Shown: positions 43,948 to 54,078 of the stretch, piece after piece | Layout of the letters: each line of letters starts with the position of its first letter | Numbering within the stretch: position 1 is the stretch's first letter | Assembly: GCA_964505725.1 (NCBI GenBank) | Contig: CAZDJK010000008.1 | Span: 506-64,505, forward strand | Reading direction: 5' to 3' | Length of the DNA stretch: 64,000 bases | DNA from: an uncultured Bifidobacteriaceae bacterium | GTDB lineage: Bacteria > Actinomycetota > Acidimicrobiia > IMCC26256 > DASPTH01 | The notes under the pieces: model-generated | Databases searched by the model: none | What the model was told of the DNA's origin: nothing | Seen by the model: only the letters and a program-made list of their open reading frames with translations | Translations under genes and position numbers: made by a program

Positions 43948-44771
43948 CCGCGGCGACGACGACGCCGACCACCCCCAGCGTGCCGGCGCGGCGAGCGCTC
44001 GCGACCCTCCGCCCCGTGCTCGTGTACGTGCTCGTCGTGGTGGTGGGCGCCGCCGCGTTCCTGTACCCGTTCTGGTTGCCGTCGACGTCGTTCACGAGCG
44101 AGGCGCACAGCGGCGATGCGCCACTCGTCGCCGCGCTCGTCGGCGCGCTCGTGGTCGCCGCGGTCGTGCTCGAGGTTCGCCGGGGCACCATGAACGGTGC
44201 GACCGTCGCCATCCTGGGCGTGCTCTCGGCGTCGGCAGGGCTGCTGCGGCTCATCGACCTCCCGGGCGGCGGCAGTGGCATCTTCTTCCTCGTCGTGCTC
44301 GCCGGCACCGCGTTCGGCCCGCGGTTCGGGCTCCTGCTCGGCATCTGCGCGATGGCGGTGTCGGCGATCGTCACCGGCGGGATCGGTCCGTGGCTGCCGT
44401 TCCAGATGCTGGCGCTCGGCTGGATGGGCGGTGCCGCCGGCGCGGTCGGGCTCTGGACCGCACGCGTGACGCCGCGGGTCGAGGTGGTCGTGCTCGCCGC
44501 CTACAGCTGGGTGTGGGCGTTCCTCTACGGGGCGATCATGAACATCTGGTTCTGGCCCTTCGCCCGCGGCGGCGCCCTCGACTGGCACCCGGGCCTCGGC
44601 TTCACCGCGACGCTCGCGCGCTACTGGAGCTTCTACGTGGCGACCTCGCTCGGATGGGACGCGGCGGGCGCGGTCACCAACGCCCTCCTCGTCCTGGTGA
44701 CGGGCGCCGCGCTGCTGCGCACGCTCCGCCGCTTCGCCCACCGGCTCGAGCCGGTCGTGGATCTGGTCTGA
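43944..44771 (+). CDS. ECF transporter substrate-capture (S) component, substrate unknown (corrinoid inferred from context)
   Basis: ATGA overlap at 43944-43947. A 275-aa polytopic membrane protein, last gene of the ECF operon. Confidence 0.65.
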   Translation: MTAATTTPTTPSVPARRALATLRPVLVYVLVVVVGAAAFLYPFWLPSTSFTSEAHSGDAPLVAALVGALVVAAVVLEVRRGTMNGATVAILGVLSASAGLLRLIDLPGGGSGIFFLVVLAGTAFGPRFGLLLGICAMAVSAIVTGGIGPWLPFQMLALGWMGGAAGAVGLWTARVTPRVEVVVLAAYSWVWAFLYGAIMNIWFWPFARGGALDWHPGLGFTATLARYWSFYVATSLGWDAAGAVTNALLVLVTGAALLRTLRRFAHRLEPVVDLV

Positions 44772-44787
44772 AGCCCGCCGGGCTCCG

Positions 44788-44955
44788 TCAGCCCAACTCG
44801 GCGATGAGCTCGACCAGCGCGGCGCGGTCGGTGGGATCGGACAGGTCGCCCACGAACACCGCCGTGCGCGCCCCGGCCTGCTCCGCCGCCTGCGCGACCG
44901 CGGCCGCCGCTTCGGTGTCGCCGCCGACGACCACCGCGAGCGTTGGGCGAGTCAT
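44788..44955 (-). CDS. 55-aa hypothetical protein
   Basis: ATGA overlap (44952-44955) with the flavin reductase stop suggests coupled translation. Sequence is MTRPTLAVVVGGDTEAAAAVAQAAEQAGARTAVFVGDL.... Confidence 0.4.
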   Translation of the reverse strand: MTRPTLAVVVGGDTEAAAAVAQAAEQAGARTAVFVGDLSDPTDRAALVELIAELG

Positions 44956-45449
44956 TCCGACACGTACATGCGCGTGTACGCGCCGCGGAAGAAGATCAAC
45001 GGGCGTGCACCCTCGCGCATGTCGAGGTCGATGACGCGACCAACCACGATCTTGTGGTCGCCGCCGGGATACTCGGCCTCGAAGTCGCAATCGATGTAGG
45101 CGATGGCCTCGTCGAGCACCGGCGAGCCCGACACCCCCGAGCGCCAAGGGATGCGCCCGAAGCGGTCGGCACCCCGCTGCGCGAACAGCCGCGACAGATC
45201 CTCGCCCTCCTCGCCGAGGATGTTCACCGCGAACTTCCCCGCCTGCTCGATGCGGGGCCAGGTCGTCGACGAGTACGCGACGCAGAACAGCACGAGCGGC
45301 GGTTCGAGCGACAACGAGGTGAACGAGTTGGCCGCCATGCCGACCGGCTCGTCGCCGTCCATGGCGGTGACGATGGTGACCCCGGTGGCGAAGTGACCGA
45401 AGACGTCACGGAAGCGACGATCGTCGGGAGTGACGATCTCCTCAGCCAT
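44952..45449 (-). CDS. flavin reductase (NAD(P)H:flavin oxidoreductase, HpaC-like)
   Basis: FRDVFGHFATGVTIVTA...PVGMAANSFTSLSLEPPLVLFCV is the family signature. Confidence 0.9.
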   Translation of the reverse strand: MAEEIVTPDDRRFRDVFGHFATGVTIVTAMDGDEPVGMAANSFTSLSLEPPLVLFCVAYSSTTWPRIEQAGKFAVNILGEEGEDLSRLFAQRGADRFGRIPWRSGVSGSPVLDEAIAYIDCDFEAEYPGGDHKIVVGRVIDLDMREGARPLIFFRGAYTRMYVSE

Positions 45450-46320
45450 CGCGTGGGGTGGCGGTGACGCGCATCGAGTCGGCCGCCGCGATCACCTCGA
45501 AGCCGCCCGTCCGCGAGGCGAGATCCTGCGCGCCGCGCAGGATCTCGTCGATGGCATCGTCGCCGTGCGAGGGGCAGTGGTGGAAGAGCGCGAGCCGGCG
45601 TGCGCCCGATTCGTTCGCCACGTGCAGCGCGTACTCGATCGTGCAGTGCCCCCAGTTGCGCTTGTGCTCGTACTCCTCTTTCGTGTGCTGCGCGTCGTGG
45701 ATCAGCAGGTCGACGCCGTCGCACAGCTCGAGCACGTCGGCGGGGATGTAGTCGTCGGGGTGGTCGGGCACCGTCCCCGGGCCGTGATCGGGGAGGTACG
45801 CGACCGAGACGCCCTCCAGATCCACGCGGTACCCGAGAGTGGGGTCGGTGTGGCGGATCCACCGGGTGCGCACCTTCGCACCGTTCACCGCGAAGTCGTC
45901 GCGGTCGACCCCCTGGAAGGTGACGTCACCCCGAAGCTCGTGCGGCTTGATCGGGAAGTACGGCGGTCGCATCACGCCCTCGAACACGCGGTCGAGGGGT
46001 CCTGCCGCCTGCGCCGGCCCGATCACGTGCACCGACCCGCCACCCGCTGCGAGCGGCGCGAAGAACGGCAGCCCCTGGATGTGGTCCCAGTGGAGGTGCG
46101 ACAGGAGGACGGTCGCCTCGTAGCCCCGGAGCCGGCCGGCTCGCGCGATCTGCTCCCCGTAGTTCCGCAGGCCGGTGCCGAGGTCGAGGATCAGCGGCGG
46201 GTGCCCGTCCGCCGAAACCTCGACGCACGACGTGTTGCCGCCGTACCGGTCGAACTGGTGGCCGTCGCACGGAGTGGACCCGCGCACGCCCCAGAAGGTG
46301 ACCTCGGCACCTCGAGCCAC
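45442..46320 (-). CDS. MBL-fold metallo-hydrolase
   Basis: LLSHLHWDHIQG metal-binding motif. GTG start at 46320. Confidence 0.85.
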   Translation of the reverse strand: MARGAEVTFWGVRGSTPCDGHQFDRYGGNTSCVEVSADGHPPLILDLGTGLRNYGEQIARAGRLRGYEATVLLSHLHWDHIQGLPFFAPLAAGGGSVHVIGPAQAAGPLDRVFEGVMRPPYFPIKPHELRGDVTFQGVDRDDFAVNGAKVRTRWIRHTDPTLGYRVDLEGVSVAYLPDHGPGTVPDHPDDYIPADVLELCDGVDLLIHDAQHTKEEYEHKRNWGHCTIEYALHVANESGARRLALFHHCPSHGDDAIDEILRGAQDLASRTGGFEVIAAADSMRVTATPRDG

Positions 46321-46349
46321 GATTTCAGGTTACCCAGATGCGGCGCGGC

Positions 46350-47204
46350 TCACGTGAGGACGCGCTTCTTGAACCCCTGGATGCCGACCCAGGTGAAGAG
46401 CGCAGAGAACCCGATCATCGCGGGGTAGACCGCCCAGAGGCTCATGTGCGGGACGTTGGTCAGCGCCGCCCGGAACCCCTCGCACATGTAGACGAGCGGG
46501 TTGAACAGGACGAGCACCTGGAGCCAGTGGATCCCCTGGAGCGACGACCACGAGTAATAGACGGCGCCCAGGAACGTGAGCGGCAGCACGATGATGCCGA
46601 ACAGCATCGGCACGGTCCGGGGCTCGAACCGCGTCCCGAACGTGAGACCGATGGTGCCGCACATGTAGCAGGCGAGCGGCGTGAGGGTGAGCAGCACGGG
46701 CCAGTTGATCGCGAGGTGCACCGGGGTCGCCGGGACGACCGCGGCGATCGGGAACACCATCGCGGCGGAGAACAGCCCGCTGAACGCCCCCCACACCGCC
46801 TTCTCGATCCCCACCAACCCCACCGGCAACGGGGCCAGCACGCGGTCCTCGATCTCGCGGGTGTAGCCGAACTCCTGGACCATCGGGAGGGCGGTGGACT
46901 GGATGCCCTGGAACATGATCGCGAGGCCGACGACCCCGGCGACGAGACGGGTGGAGAAGTCGCCGGCCGCCGCGCCGCCGCCCCCGACTCCCTGGCCGAT
47001 CTTCGGGAACACGTACGTGAACACGAAGACGAGCAGGAACGGCTGCAACAGCGTGCGCGGGATGAACTCCTTCAGCGTCTTGCGCAACACGACGAGGTCG
47101 CGCAGCAGGAGCGCGCCGAACGCCACGCGAGCCGCGCGCGGCGGGCTGCGCCGGGGCACCAGCTCGGACGGGCTGACGACGTCGGGGGCGGTGACAGCAG
47201 TCAT
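46350..47204 (-). CDS. ABC-2 type exporter permease
   Basis: 284-aa six-helix membrane protein. ATGA overlap with the ATPase gene (47201-47204). Confidence 0.85.
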   Translation of the reverse strand: MTAVTAPDVVSPSELVPRRSPPRAARVAFGALLLRDLVVLRKTLKEFIPRTLLQPFLLVFVFTYVFPKIGQGVGGGGAAAGDFSTRLVAGVVGLAIMFQGIQSTALPMVQEFGYTREIEDRVLAPLPVGLVGIEKAVWGAFSGLFSAAMVFPIAAVVPATPVHLAINWPVLLTLTPLACYMCGTIGLTFGTRFEPRTVPMLFGIIVLPLTFLGAVYYSWSSLQGIHWLQVLVLFNPLVYMCEGFRAALTNVPHMSLWAVYPAMIGFSALFTWVGIQGFKKRVLT

Positions 47205-48196
47205 TCGCGTAGATCCTTCCCCGTGAGGTTGATGAACACCGTCTCGAGCGTCGGTTCAGCGGACGAGACGTCGGTCAGCTCGTAGCCGGCGGCTTCCGCG
47301 GCGCTGAACACGGCCGGCAGCAGTCCGTGCTGGCCGCGCACCGCGAGCTGCAGAGTGCCGTCCATGATGTCGGTGCGTTCGACGCCGGGCACCCGCTCAC
47401 GCAACGCGTCCCCGAGCTGCTCGAGATCGCCGGACGCCGACACCGACACGATGGTGTCGGCCCCGATCGACTGCTTGAGCTCGGTCGGCGACCCGAGCGC
47501 GAGCAGGTGGCCGTGGTCCATGATCGCGAGCCGGTCGCAGAGGCGATCGGCCTCCTCCATGTAGTGCGTGGTCATGAAGATGGTCTGGCCGTCGGTGTGG
47601 AGCTCGCCGAGGATCTCCCACAGCGCAATGCGGCTCTGCGGGTCGAGCCCGGCCGTCGGCTCGTCGAGGAAGAGGATCGCGGGGCGGTGCATCACCGCCC
47701 GCGCCACCATCAGCCGCTGCGCCATCCCCCCCGACATCGCGGCGACCGGCGCGTCGGCCCGGTCGGCGAGCCAGAACCGCTCGAGCAGCTCCGAGGCCTC
47801 CTCTTTCGCGACGCGCGTCGACATGCCGAAGAACCGGCCGTGGAAGTAGAGGTTCTCCCAGACCGAGAGCGACCGGTCGAGCGTGTTGGTCTGCGGGACG
47901 ATCCCGATCACCTGCTTGGCCGCCACCGGGTGGGCGACGACGTCGATCCCGCCGACGAAGGCGTGACCGCCGGTGGGGATCACGCCCGTGGTGAGCATCC
48001 CCGCGGTCGTCGTCTTGCCGGCGCCGTTCGGCCCGAGGAGGCCGAAGATCTCGCCGCGGCGGACCGACAGGGTCAGCTCGTCGACCGCGAGCACGCCGCC
48101 CGGGTAGAGCTTCGACAGCGCCTCGATGCGGATGACCTCGTCGGGATCGGAGCCGTTCGCGGCGACCGGTGCATGCGCGTCAACTTCGACGGACAC
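47201..48196 (-). CDS. ABC transporter ATP-binding protein (DrrA-like)
   Basis: GLLGPNGAGKTT, MSGGMAQRL and LFLDEPTAGLD motifs. Start set to GTG 48196, 5 nt after GAGGAGG. Confidence 0.85.
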   Translation of the reverse strand: MSVEVDAHAPVAANGSDPDEVIRIEALSKLYPGGVLAVDELTLSVRRGEIFGLLGPNGAGKTTTAGMLTTGVIPTGGHAFVGGIDVVAHPVAAKQVIGIVPQTNTLDRSLSVWENLYFHGRFFGMSTRVAKEEASELLERFWLADRADAPVAAMSGGMAQRLMVARAVMHRPAILFLDEPTAGLDPQSRIALWEILGELHTDGQTIFMTTHYMEEADRLCDRLAIMDHGHLLALGSPTELKQSIGADTIVSVSASGDLEQLGDALRERVPGVERTDIMDGTLQLAVRGQHGLLPAVFSAAEAAGYELTDVSSAEPTLETVFINLTGKDLRE

Positions 48197-48719
48197 GGGC
48201 TGCCTCCTCGTGGTTGCCTTCGTTCGGGTCGCGTCGCGCACGGAGCGTCCGTGCCGACGGTGGGTTGCGACGCATGCGCCGCATCGCGTCCTCGTGCGCC
48301 CCGACCACGTCGAAGTGGTCGGCGATCCGCAGGAGCGCCTTGCCGACCAGCTCCACCTCGGGCTCGGTGAGCAGCGACCTCAGCTCGGCGTCGAGATCGG
48401 TCGCCACCTTCTGGAGCGCGGCGAGGCGGCGCTTCCCCGACGCGGTGACCACGATGCGCAGCGCCCGCCGGTCGGCGGGGTCGGGACGACGTTCGACGTA
48501 TCCGTCGCTCGCCAGCCGGTCGAGGTGGCGCACCAACGTGGGCGGCTCGATGCCGATCCGCCCGGCCAGCTCACGCTGGCAGACGCCCCCGGCGAGCGCA
48601 GCCTCGCGGAGCACGATCCAGCTCCAGAGGTTCGCGCCCTCGTCCGACAGCCGGGCGTCGAGGACGTCGTGGACGGCGCGGTGCCCGAGGTAGAGGCGAC
48701 GACCGAGGGGCGGTTCCAT
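48180..48719 (-). CDS. MarR family transcriptional regulator
   Basis: Winged-HTH block QRELAGRIGIEPPTLVRHLDRLASDGYVERRPDPADRRALRIVVT. Confidence 0.9.
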   Translation of the reverse strand: MEPPLGRRLYLGHRAVHDVLDARLSDEGANLWSWIVLREAALAGGVCQRELAGRIGIEPPTLVRHLDRLASDGYVERRPDPADRRALRIVVTASGKRRLAALQKVATDLDAELRSLLTEPEVELVGKALLRIADHFDVVGAHEDAMRRMRRNPPSARTLRARRDPNEGNHEEAARVRRS

Positions 48720-48725
48720 AGGTAC

Positions 48726-48736
48726 CTAATCATTAG
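48726..48736. promoter_or_regulatory. candidate MarR operator (AT-rich inverted repeat)
   Basis: CTAAT-c-ATTAG palindrome embedded in the direct repeat ACCTAA...ACCTAA, 7 nt upstream of the MarR start. It stands out as an AT-rich patch in GC-rich DNA. Confidence 0.35.
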
Positions 48737-48796
48737 ACACCTAACGAATTCCTGTCAAGCCCCTCACCGGCCCCGCCGCCGGAACGGGCGGAGCGG

Positions 48797-49324
48797 TCAG
48801 TCCCGCTGGTCGGGGCCCTCGGCGCGCACGTTGTGGACGTGCACCAGCGCCTCGCGCAGCTGCGCGATCCAGTCGCCCTCGTGGTCGCCGACGAGGCGCA
48901 CGCACCACGCCAGCGCGTGGCTGCGACTCCGCGCGACGCCGGCGTCGACGAGGGTGTCCAGCACCTGCCGCTCCGGGAGCCGGAGCCGGGTCATCACCGG
49001 CACGCTCAGGTTCGTGAAGAGCTCCTCCCGGTCCCCACAGCGGGCACCCCACGCGACCTTGCGCCCGAAGCGCGCCTCGGCCTCGTCGGCCACGCGCATG
49101 CGCGCGGCCCGGGTGTCCTCGCGGAAACCCTGGATGCGGGCGTCGCGCGCCGCCGCCGCCGCCTCGCCGTCGGCGCCCGAGGGCAGGTCGGGTTCCGCGA
49201 GGGTGCCGACGACGACGATCTCGTCCCGGTCGGCGCTGACCTCGGGGGCGGTCGTGAACCAGTCGGCCGGCAGGCGGCCCGCGAACCAGGCGGCGAGGGT
49301 GGTGTGCGAGGTGCTCGATGTCAT
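48797..49324 (-). CDS. conserved hypothetical protein
   Basis: 175-aa ORF with protein-like composition and high GC3. Confidence 0.7.
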   Translation of the reverse strand: MTSSTSHTTLAAWFAGRLPADWFTTAPEVSADRDEIVVVGTLAEPDLPSGADGEAAAAARDARIQGFREDTRAARMRVADEAEARFGRKVAWGARCGDREELFTNLSVPVMTRLRLPERQVLDTLVDAGVARSRSHALAWCVRLVGDHEGDWIAQLREALVHVHNVRAEGPDQRD

Positions 49325-49345
49325 GCTGATTACAGTATTACAAAG

Positions 49346-49765
49346 CTAGTCGAGAAGCAAGCGGCGGATCGCCTCGGCGTGGGACGCAGCGTCGGCCTCG
49401 TCTTCGTAGCGCTGGCGCGGCCAGAAGAAGCCGCGGAGCCCGTCCCCCTTGTTGCGGGGGACCGCGTGCACGTGCACGTGGGGCACGCTCTGGCTGACGA
49501 CGTTGTTCATCGCCACGAACGAGCCGGCGGCCGCGACCGAGTCCTGGACCGCGGCTGCCACCTCCTGGACGCGCCGGAACAGCTCGTCACGGAGCGGGCC
49601 CTCGAGGTCGCGGAGGGTCTCGACGTGCGCCCGGGGCGCCACCAGGGTGTGGCCCTTGAACAAGGGGCGGTGGTCGAGGAACGCGACGACGCGCGGCGTG
49701 TCGAGCACCAGGAACGCAGGCTCCGCGCCCGCGACGATCGCGCAGATGGTGCACCTCGCCGGCAC
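49346..49765 (-). CDS. HIT family (histidine triad) protein
   Basis: N-terminal CTICAI and histidine triad HVHVHAVPR. Confidence 0.9.
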   Translation of the reverse strand: MPARCTICAIVAGAEPAFLVLDTPRVVAFLDHRPLFKGHTLVAPRAHVETLRDLEGPLRDELFRRVQEVAAAVQDSVAAAGSFVAMNNVVSQSVPHVHVHAVPRNKGDGLRGFFWPRQRYEDEADAASHAEAIRRLLLD

Positions 49766-49836
49766 CGCGGCGAGCCTACGTGCGGCCGACGTGCCCGCCC
49801 GGTGACAGGGACCCGGGGTTACCCTGGCCGGACCCC

Positions 49837-50970
49837 ATGGCCGAACCGGAACCCGGCATCGTGTCCCTCCCCGCCCCGTCTCGTCGCCACCGTCGCCGCG
49901 CGCGCGCCAACCGGCGGCGCCGCGTCGTCGTCACCGTCGTGGTCACGGTGCTCGTCGTCGCGGGCGTCGCCGCGTTCGCCACCGACACCGTGCGCTTCGG
50001 CGGCAACCAACCGAGACTGGCGCGCGCGATCGCGCCGTCGCCCACGACCACCAGCGCACCGTCGACGACGCTCCCGTCGCGCCCCTGCCGGGCGCCGCTC
50101 ACGGTCGACGACCCGCTCCGCGTCTGGGTGGGTGGCGACTCGCTCGCGGGCTCGCTCGGGCCCGCGCTCGGGACCATCGCCGGCGCCACCGGCGTGGTGC
50201 AGCCCTACTTCCACTCCCGGGTGTCGAGCGGCCTGTCGAACCCGCAGTTCGTCGACTGGCCCGCGCAGGCCGCGAAGGAGATGACGTCGTACTCACCGGA
50301 AGTCGCGGTGTTCATCATCGGGACCAACGACTACACCGCCGCTCTCGACACCACGACCGACCCCGCGACCGGCCAGCCGGCGTGGAAGGAGAAGTACGCG
50401 CAGGAGGTGGAGCAGATGCTCCAGGTCCTGATCGGCGACGGCCGCACGGTGCTGTGGCTGGGGGCGCCGGTGCTGCGGGACGACACCAAGAACACGGCCG
50501 TCCAGGCCGTCAACGAGGTGGCCAAGAGCGTGGTGTCGCGCCACCCCGAGGCCGAGTGGTTCGACACCTACAGCTTCTTCGCCGACGCCGACGGCAAGTA
50601 CGAGTCGACGCTCACCGACGCCACCGGCAAGACGGTGCTCGCGCGGGCGGGTGACGGCATCCACTTCACGACCGACGGCGCGAACATGCTCGCCCGCGCG
50701 GTGTTCCAGCAGATCGACACCCAGTGCGGGATCGCGGCCCAGGCGGTGAGCGGGGTCACCAAGCCGACCATCGAGACCCCGGGGAGCACCCAGGTGATCG
50801 GCGGCACCTCGGGTGGATCCGGGTCGGGATCGGGCTCGGGTCGGCCGCTCCAGACCACACCGCCGGCCACCGCGCCGGTGACGACGGCGGCGCCGGCGCC
50901 CGCGACCACCCCTACCGACACCACGCCGACGACAACGACGGCTCCGACTCCTTCGCAACCGCCGGCGTGA
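49837..50970 (+). CDS. membrane-anchored SGNH/GDSL-like hydrolase with Pro/Thr-rich C-terminus
   Basis: ATG 49837. Basic N-terminus plus a TM helix. VWVGGDSLAGS block (GDS nucleophile) and a DGIHFT block. Confidence 0.75.
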   Translation: MAEPEPGIVSLPAPSRRHRRRARANRRRRVVVTVVVTVLVVAGVAAFATDTVRFGGNQPRLARAIAPSPTTTSAPSTTLPSRPCRAPLTVDDPLRVWVGGDSLAGSLGPALGTIAGATGVVQPYFHSRVSSGLSNPQFVDWPAQAAKEMTSYSPEVAVFIIGTNDYTAALDTTTDPATGQPAWKEKYAQEVEQMLQVLIGDGRTVLWLGAPVLRDDTKNTAVQAVNEVAKSVVSRHPEAEWFDTYSFFADADGKYESTLTDATGKTVLARAGDGIHFTTDGANMLARAVFQQIDTQCGIAAQAVSGVTKPTIETPGSTQVIGGTSGGSGSGSGSGRPLQTTPPATAPVTTAAPAPATTPTDTTPTTTTAPTPSQPPA

Positions 50971-51011
50971 CCCAGGCCGGGCGTCGAAGGGCTCCTCGGT
51001 AGGCTGCGCGC

Positions 51012-52634
51012 ATGCCCGACCAGCTCGCGGCCGCGGCGCTCGCGATCGACTGCGCCGCGGAAGTGGTCGACGCCGCAGCGGCGCACCTCGCGCGCTCGTC
51101 GACCGTTGACGGAAGGGTGTCGGCCCAGGCGCTCGACGGCCACCAGGTGCTCGCCTACGACCTCGCGCACGCCGCGAGCGCGGTCGAGGGATCCCGCGTG
51201 ATGCTCGAGTACGGCGCACGGGGCGAGGTCGAGTCGGTGCTCGCGCGCGCGGCGATCGCCGACGCGGTCGCCGAGATCGGGGCCCGGCTCATCGGCCGGG
51301 AGGCGGTGTGGGGCGCCGAGGAGCTCGCGCTCGACGCCGCCCTGCCCTTCGTGGAGGCGCACCGGTCCCCCGCATTCCTCGACACCGCCGCGACTGCGCT
51401 CGTCGACACGGGCACGGGGCCGCGCCATCTGCCCGAGGAGCTCGAGCTGGCGTCCGAGACGTTCCACCGCTTCGCCGCCGACAAGATCCGGCCGGTGGCC
51501 GACGAGGTGCACCGCCGTAACACCGACATCCCCGAGCCGGTCATCGCCGGCCTCGCCGGGCTGGGCGGGTTCGGCCTGTCGGTCCCGGAGGCCTACGGCG
51601 GGTTCGCCACCGGCGGCGAGGCCGACTACCTCGGCATGGTGGTGGCCACCGAGGAGCTCTCGTGGGGCTCGCTCGGGGTCGGCGGATCGCTCATCACCCG
51701 GCCCGAGATCCTGACGCGCGCCCTCCTCGCGGGCGGGACCGAGGAGCAGAAGGTGCGCTGGCTGCCCCGGATCGCATCCGGCGAGCAGATGGTCGGCGTC
51801 ACCGTCACCGAGCCCGACTACGGCTCCGACGTTGCGGGCATCGCCACCACCGCCATCGCGGTAGACGGCGGCTACCGCGTGAACGGGGTGAAGACGTGGG
51901 CGACGTTCGCCGGGCGCGCCGACCTCCTCATGCTCCTGGCCCGCACCGACCCCGACCGCGCCGCGGCGCACCGCGGCCTGTCCCTGTTCGTGGTCGAGAA
52001 GGAACCCGCGCCGGGCCACGCGTTCGTGCTCGAGCAGGCCGAGGGCGGGAAGCTCGAGGGGCGCGCCATCGACACGCTCGGCTACCGCGGCATGCACTCC
52101 TTCGAGCTCGCGTTCGCCGACTGGTTCGTGCCCGCCGAGAACCTCGTGGGGCTCGAGGCCGGGCTCGGTCGCGGCTTCTACCTCCAGATGGAGGGGTTCG
52201 AGAACGGACGGCTGCAGACCGCGGCACGCGCGGTCGGCGTGATGCAGGCGGCGTTCGACGCCGCGCTCGCGTACTCGCAGGAGCGGACGGTGTTCGGCCG
52301 GCCAGTCTTCGACTACCAGCTCACCCGGGCCAAGCTCGTCCGCATGGCCGGGCTCGTCCAGACGGGCCGCCAGTTCGCCTACGACGTCGCGCACCGCATG
52401 GGCCGCGGCGAGGGCGCCCTCGCCGCGAGCATGGTGAAGGCGTCGGTCTGCCGCGCCGCGGAATGGGTGACGCGCGAGGCCATGCAGATCCACGGCGGCA
52501 TGGGCTACGCGGAGGAGTTCCCGGTGTCGCGTTACTTCGTCGACGCACGGGTGCTCTCGATCTTCGAGGGTGCCGACGAGACGCTCTGCCTGCGGGTGAT
52601 CGCGCGGCGCCTCGCCGAGCAGGCGCTCGCGTAG
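51012..52634 (+). CDS. acyl-CoA dehydrogenase (long form with N-terminal extension)
   Basis: 540 aa. ACAD blocks TEPDYGSDVAG and IHGGMGYAEEFPVSRYFVDARVLSIFEGADE. Confidence 0.9.
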   Translation: MPDQLAAAALAIDCAAEVVDAAAAHLARSSTVDGRVSAQALDGHQVLAYDLAHAASAVEGSRVMLEYGARGEVESVLARAAIADAVAEIGARLIGREAVWGAEELALDAALPFVEAHRSPAFLDTAATALVDTGTGPRHLPEELELASETFHRFAADKIRPVADEVHRRNTDIPEPVIAGLAGLGGFGLSVPEAYGGFATGGEADYLGMVVATEELSWGSLGVGGSLITRPEILTRALLAGGTEEQKVRWLPRIASGEQMVGVTVTEPDYGSDVAGIATTAIAVDGGYRVNGVKTWATFAGRADLLMLLARTDPDRAAAHRGLSLFVVEKEPAPGHAFVLEQAEGGKLEGRAIDTLGYRGMHSFELAFADWFVPAENLVGLEAGLGRGFYLQMEGFENGRLQTAARAVGVMQAAFDAALAYSQERTVFGRPVFDYQLTRAKLVRMAGLVQTGRQFAYDVAHRMGRGEGALAASMVKASVCRAAEWVTREAMQIHGGMGYAEEFPVSRYFVDARVLSIFEGADETLCLRVIARRLAEQALA

Positions 52635-52728
52635 CCCACTCCATCGGCCCGCCGACCTCGGCGCCGAGCCCGCGTCGGCGCGAGCGGTAGGGTCCGGCGG
52701 TCACAGCGCCGAGCAGGAGCACGACACG

Positions 52729-53076
52729 GTGGACATCGAGGAGTTCTACGACGCCGACCCGCGGCGGCGGTCGTCGGAGGAATTCGAGTTCGGCCGCGAC
52801 TGGCACGACGAGAAGGGCGTCCGCTGCGAGGTGTCGTGGGTGGTCGAAACCGGCGAGCTCTACGTGATGCGCGAGCCCGAGGAGCCGATCATCACCGATC
52901 CGGTCGGCGACGAGTTCGTGCCCGAGCTGCCCACCAAGCTCCTGACCGTCGAGGTGCTCGGGATCCTCACTCTGCGCGAGAAGGTCGACACGGCGCTCGA
53001 CGGATGGCAGGCGAAGATGCCCGAGGCGAACAGCATCGCCTGGGTGCGGGAGCAGGTCGCCGCAGCCCAGGGCTGA
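52729..53076 (+). CDS. conserved hypothetical protein
   Basis: 115-aa acidic ORF with a GTG start and high GC3. Confidence 0.65.
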   Translation: MDIEEFYDADPRRRSSEEFEFGRDWHDEKGVRCEVSWVVETGELYVMREPEEPIITDPVGDEFVPELPTKLLTVEVLGILTLREKVDTALDGWQAKMPEANSIAWVREQVAAAQG

Positions 53077-53087
53077 CCGCGCCCGAG

Positions 53088-54035
53088 CTATCCGCCGGAG
53101 GGTTTCATGCCGGCGCGCTCGCCGCGCGTCACGAACTTCTTCGCCATCTTCGCGCTCGCCTCGTCGATCATCTCGTCGTCGAGCATCACCGCGCCCCGCC
53201 GGGCGCCGGAGTCGTCGCCGCCGATCGCGGTCGCATAGGCGGCGAGCACCCGCTGCGCGCGGTCGAATTGCTCCTGCGTCGGCGTGAAGACCTCGTTGAC
53301 GACTCCGACCTGTCCGGGGTGCAGCACCCACTTCCCGTCGAAGCCCAGCATGCGCGTGCGCATCGCGTAGTCGCGCAGCGCGTCGAGCTCGTGGATGCGC
53401 AGGTACGGGCCGTCGATCGCCTGCAGCCCGTTCGCGCGCGCGGCGACCAGGATCTTCTCGAAGACGTAGTGGAAGTGGTCGCCCGGGTACTCGGGTACGT
53501 GCACACCGCCGGTCAGCACCGGCATCTCGACCGATGCGGCGAAGTCCGCGGGCCCGAACACGATCGCCTCGGTGCGCGGCGATGCCGCGCAGATCTGCTC
53601 GACCTCGACGAGGCCGCGCGCGGTCTCGATCTGCGCCTCGATGCCCACGGTGCCGGAACGGCCGATCGTCTTCTCGATCTGGGTGAGCAGCAGGTCGAGC
53701 GCGATCACTTCGGACGCGCGCTGCACCTTCGGGAGCAGGAGCACGTCGAGGTGCTCGGACGCGTGCTCGACGACGTGCACGACGTCGCGGTACGTCCACT
53801 CGGTGTCCCAGGCGTTCACGCGCACGCCGAGCACGGTGTCGCCCCAGTCGAGCTCGTTGATCGCCCACACCGCGCGCACGCGTGCGTCGTCCTTCTCGAG
53901 CGGCGCGACCGCATCCTCGAGGTCGACGAACACCATGTCGGCACCGAGCCCGGGCGCCTTCGTGAGCATCTTCTCGCTCGACCCCGGAACCGACAGGCAC
54001 GTGCGCCGGGGCAGGTCGCGCGAGCGTTCCGACAT
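53088..54035 (-). CDS. HpcH/HpaI aldolase / citrate-lyase beta (CitE, malyl-CoA lyase-like) family protein
   Basis: ATG 54035. Motifs CLSVPGSSEKML, DMVFVDLEDAV and VLHPGQV. Confidence 0.85.
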   Translation of the reverse strand: MSERSRDLPRRTCLSVPGSSEKMLTKAPGLGADMVFVDLEDAVAPLEKDDARVRAVWAINELDWGDTVLGVRVNAWDTEWTYRDVVHVVEHASEHLDVLLLPKVQRASEVIALDLLLTQIEKTIGRSGTVGIEAQIETARGLVEVEQICAASPRTEAIVFGPADFAASVEMPVLTGGVHVPEYPGDHFHYVFEKILVAARANGLQAIDGPYLRIHELDALRDYAMRTRMLGFDGKWVLHPGQVGVVNEVFTPTQEQFDRAQRVLAAYATAIGGDDSGARRGAVMLDDEMIDEASAKMAKKFVTRGERAGMKPSGG

Positions 54036-54078
54036 GGCCGTGAGGGTAGACGGGAAAACGGCGCGTAACGTTCGTCGC

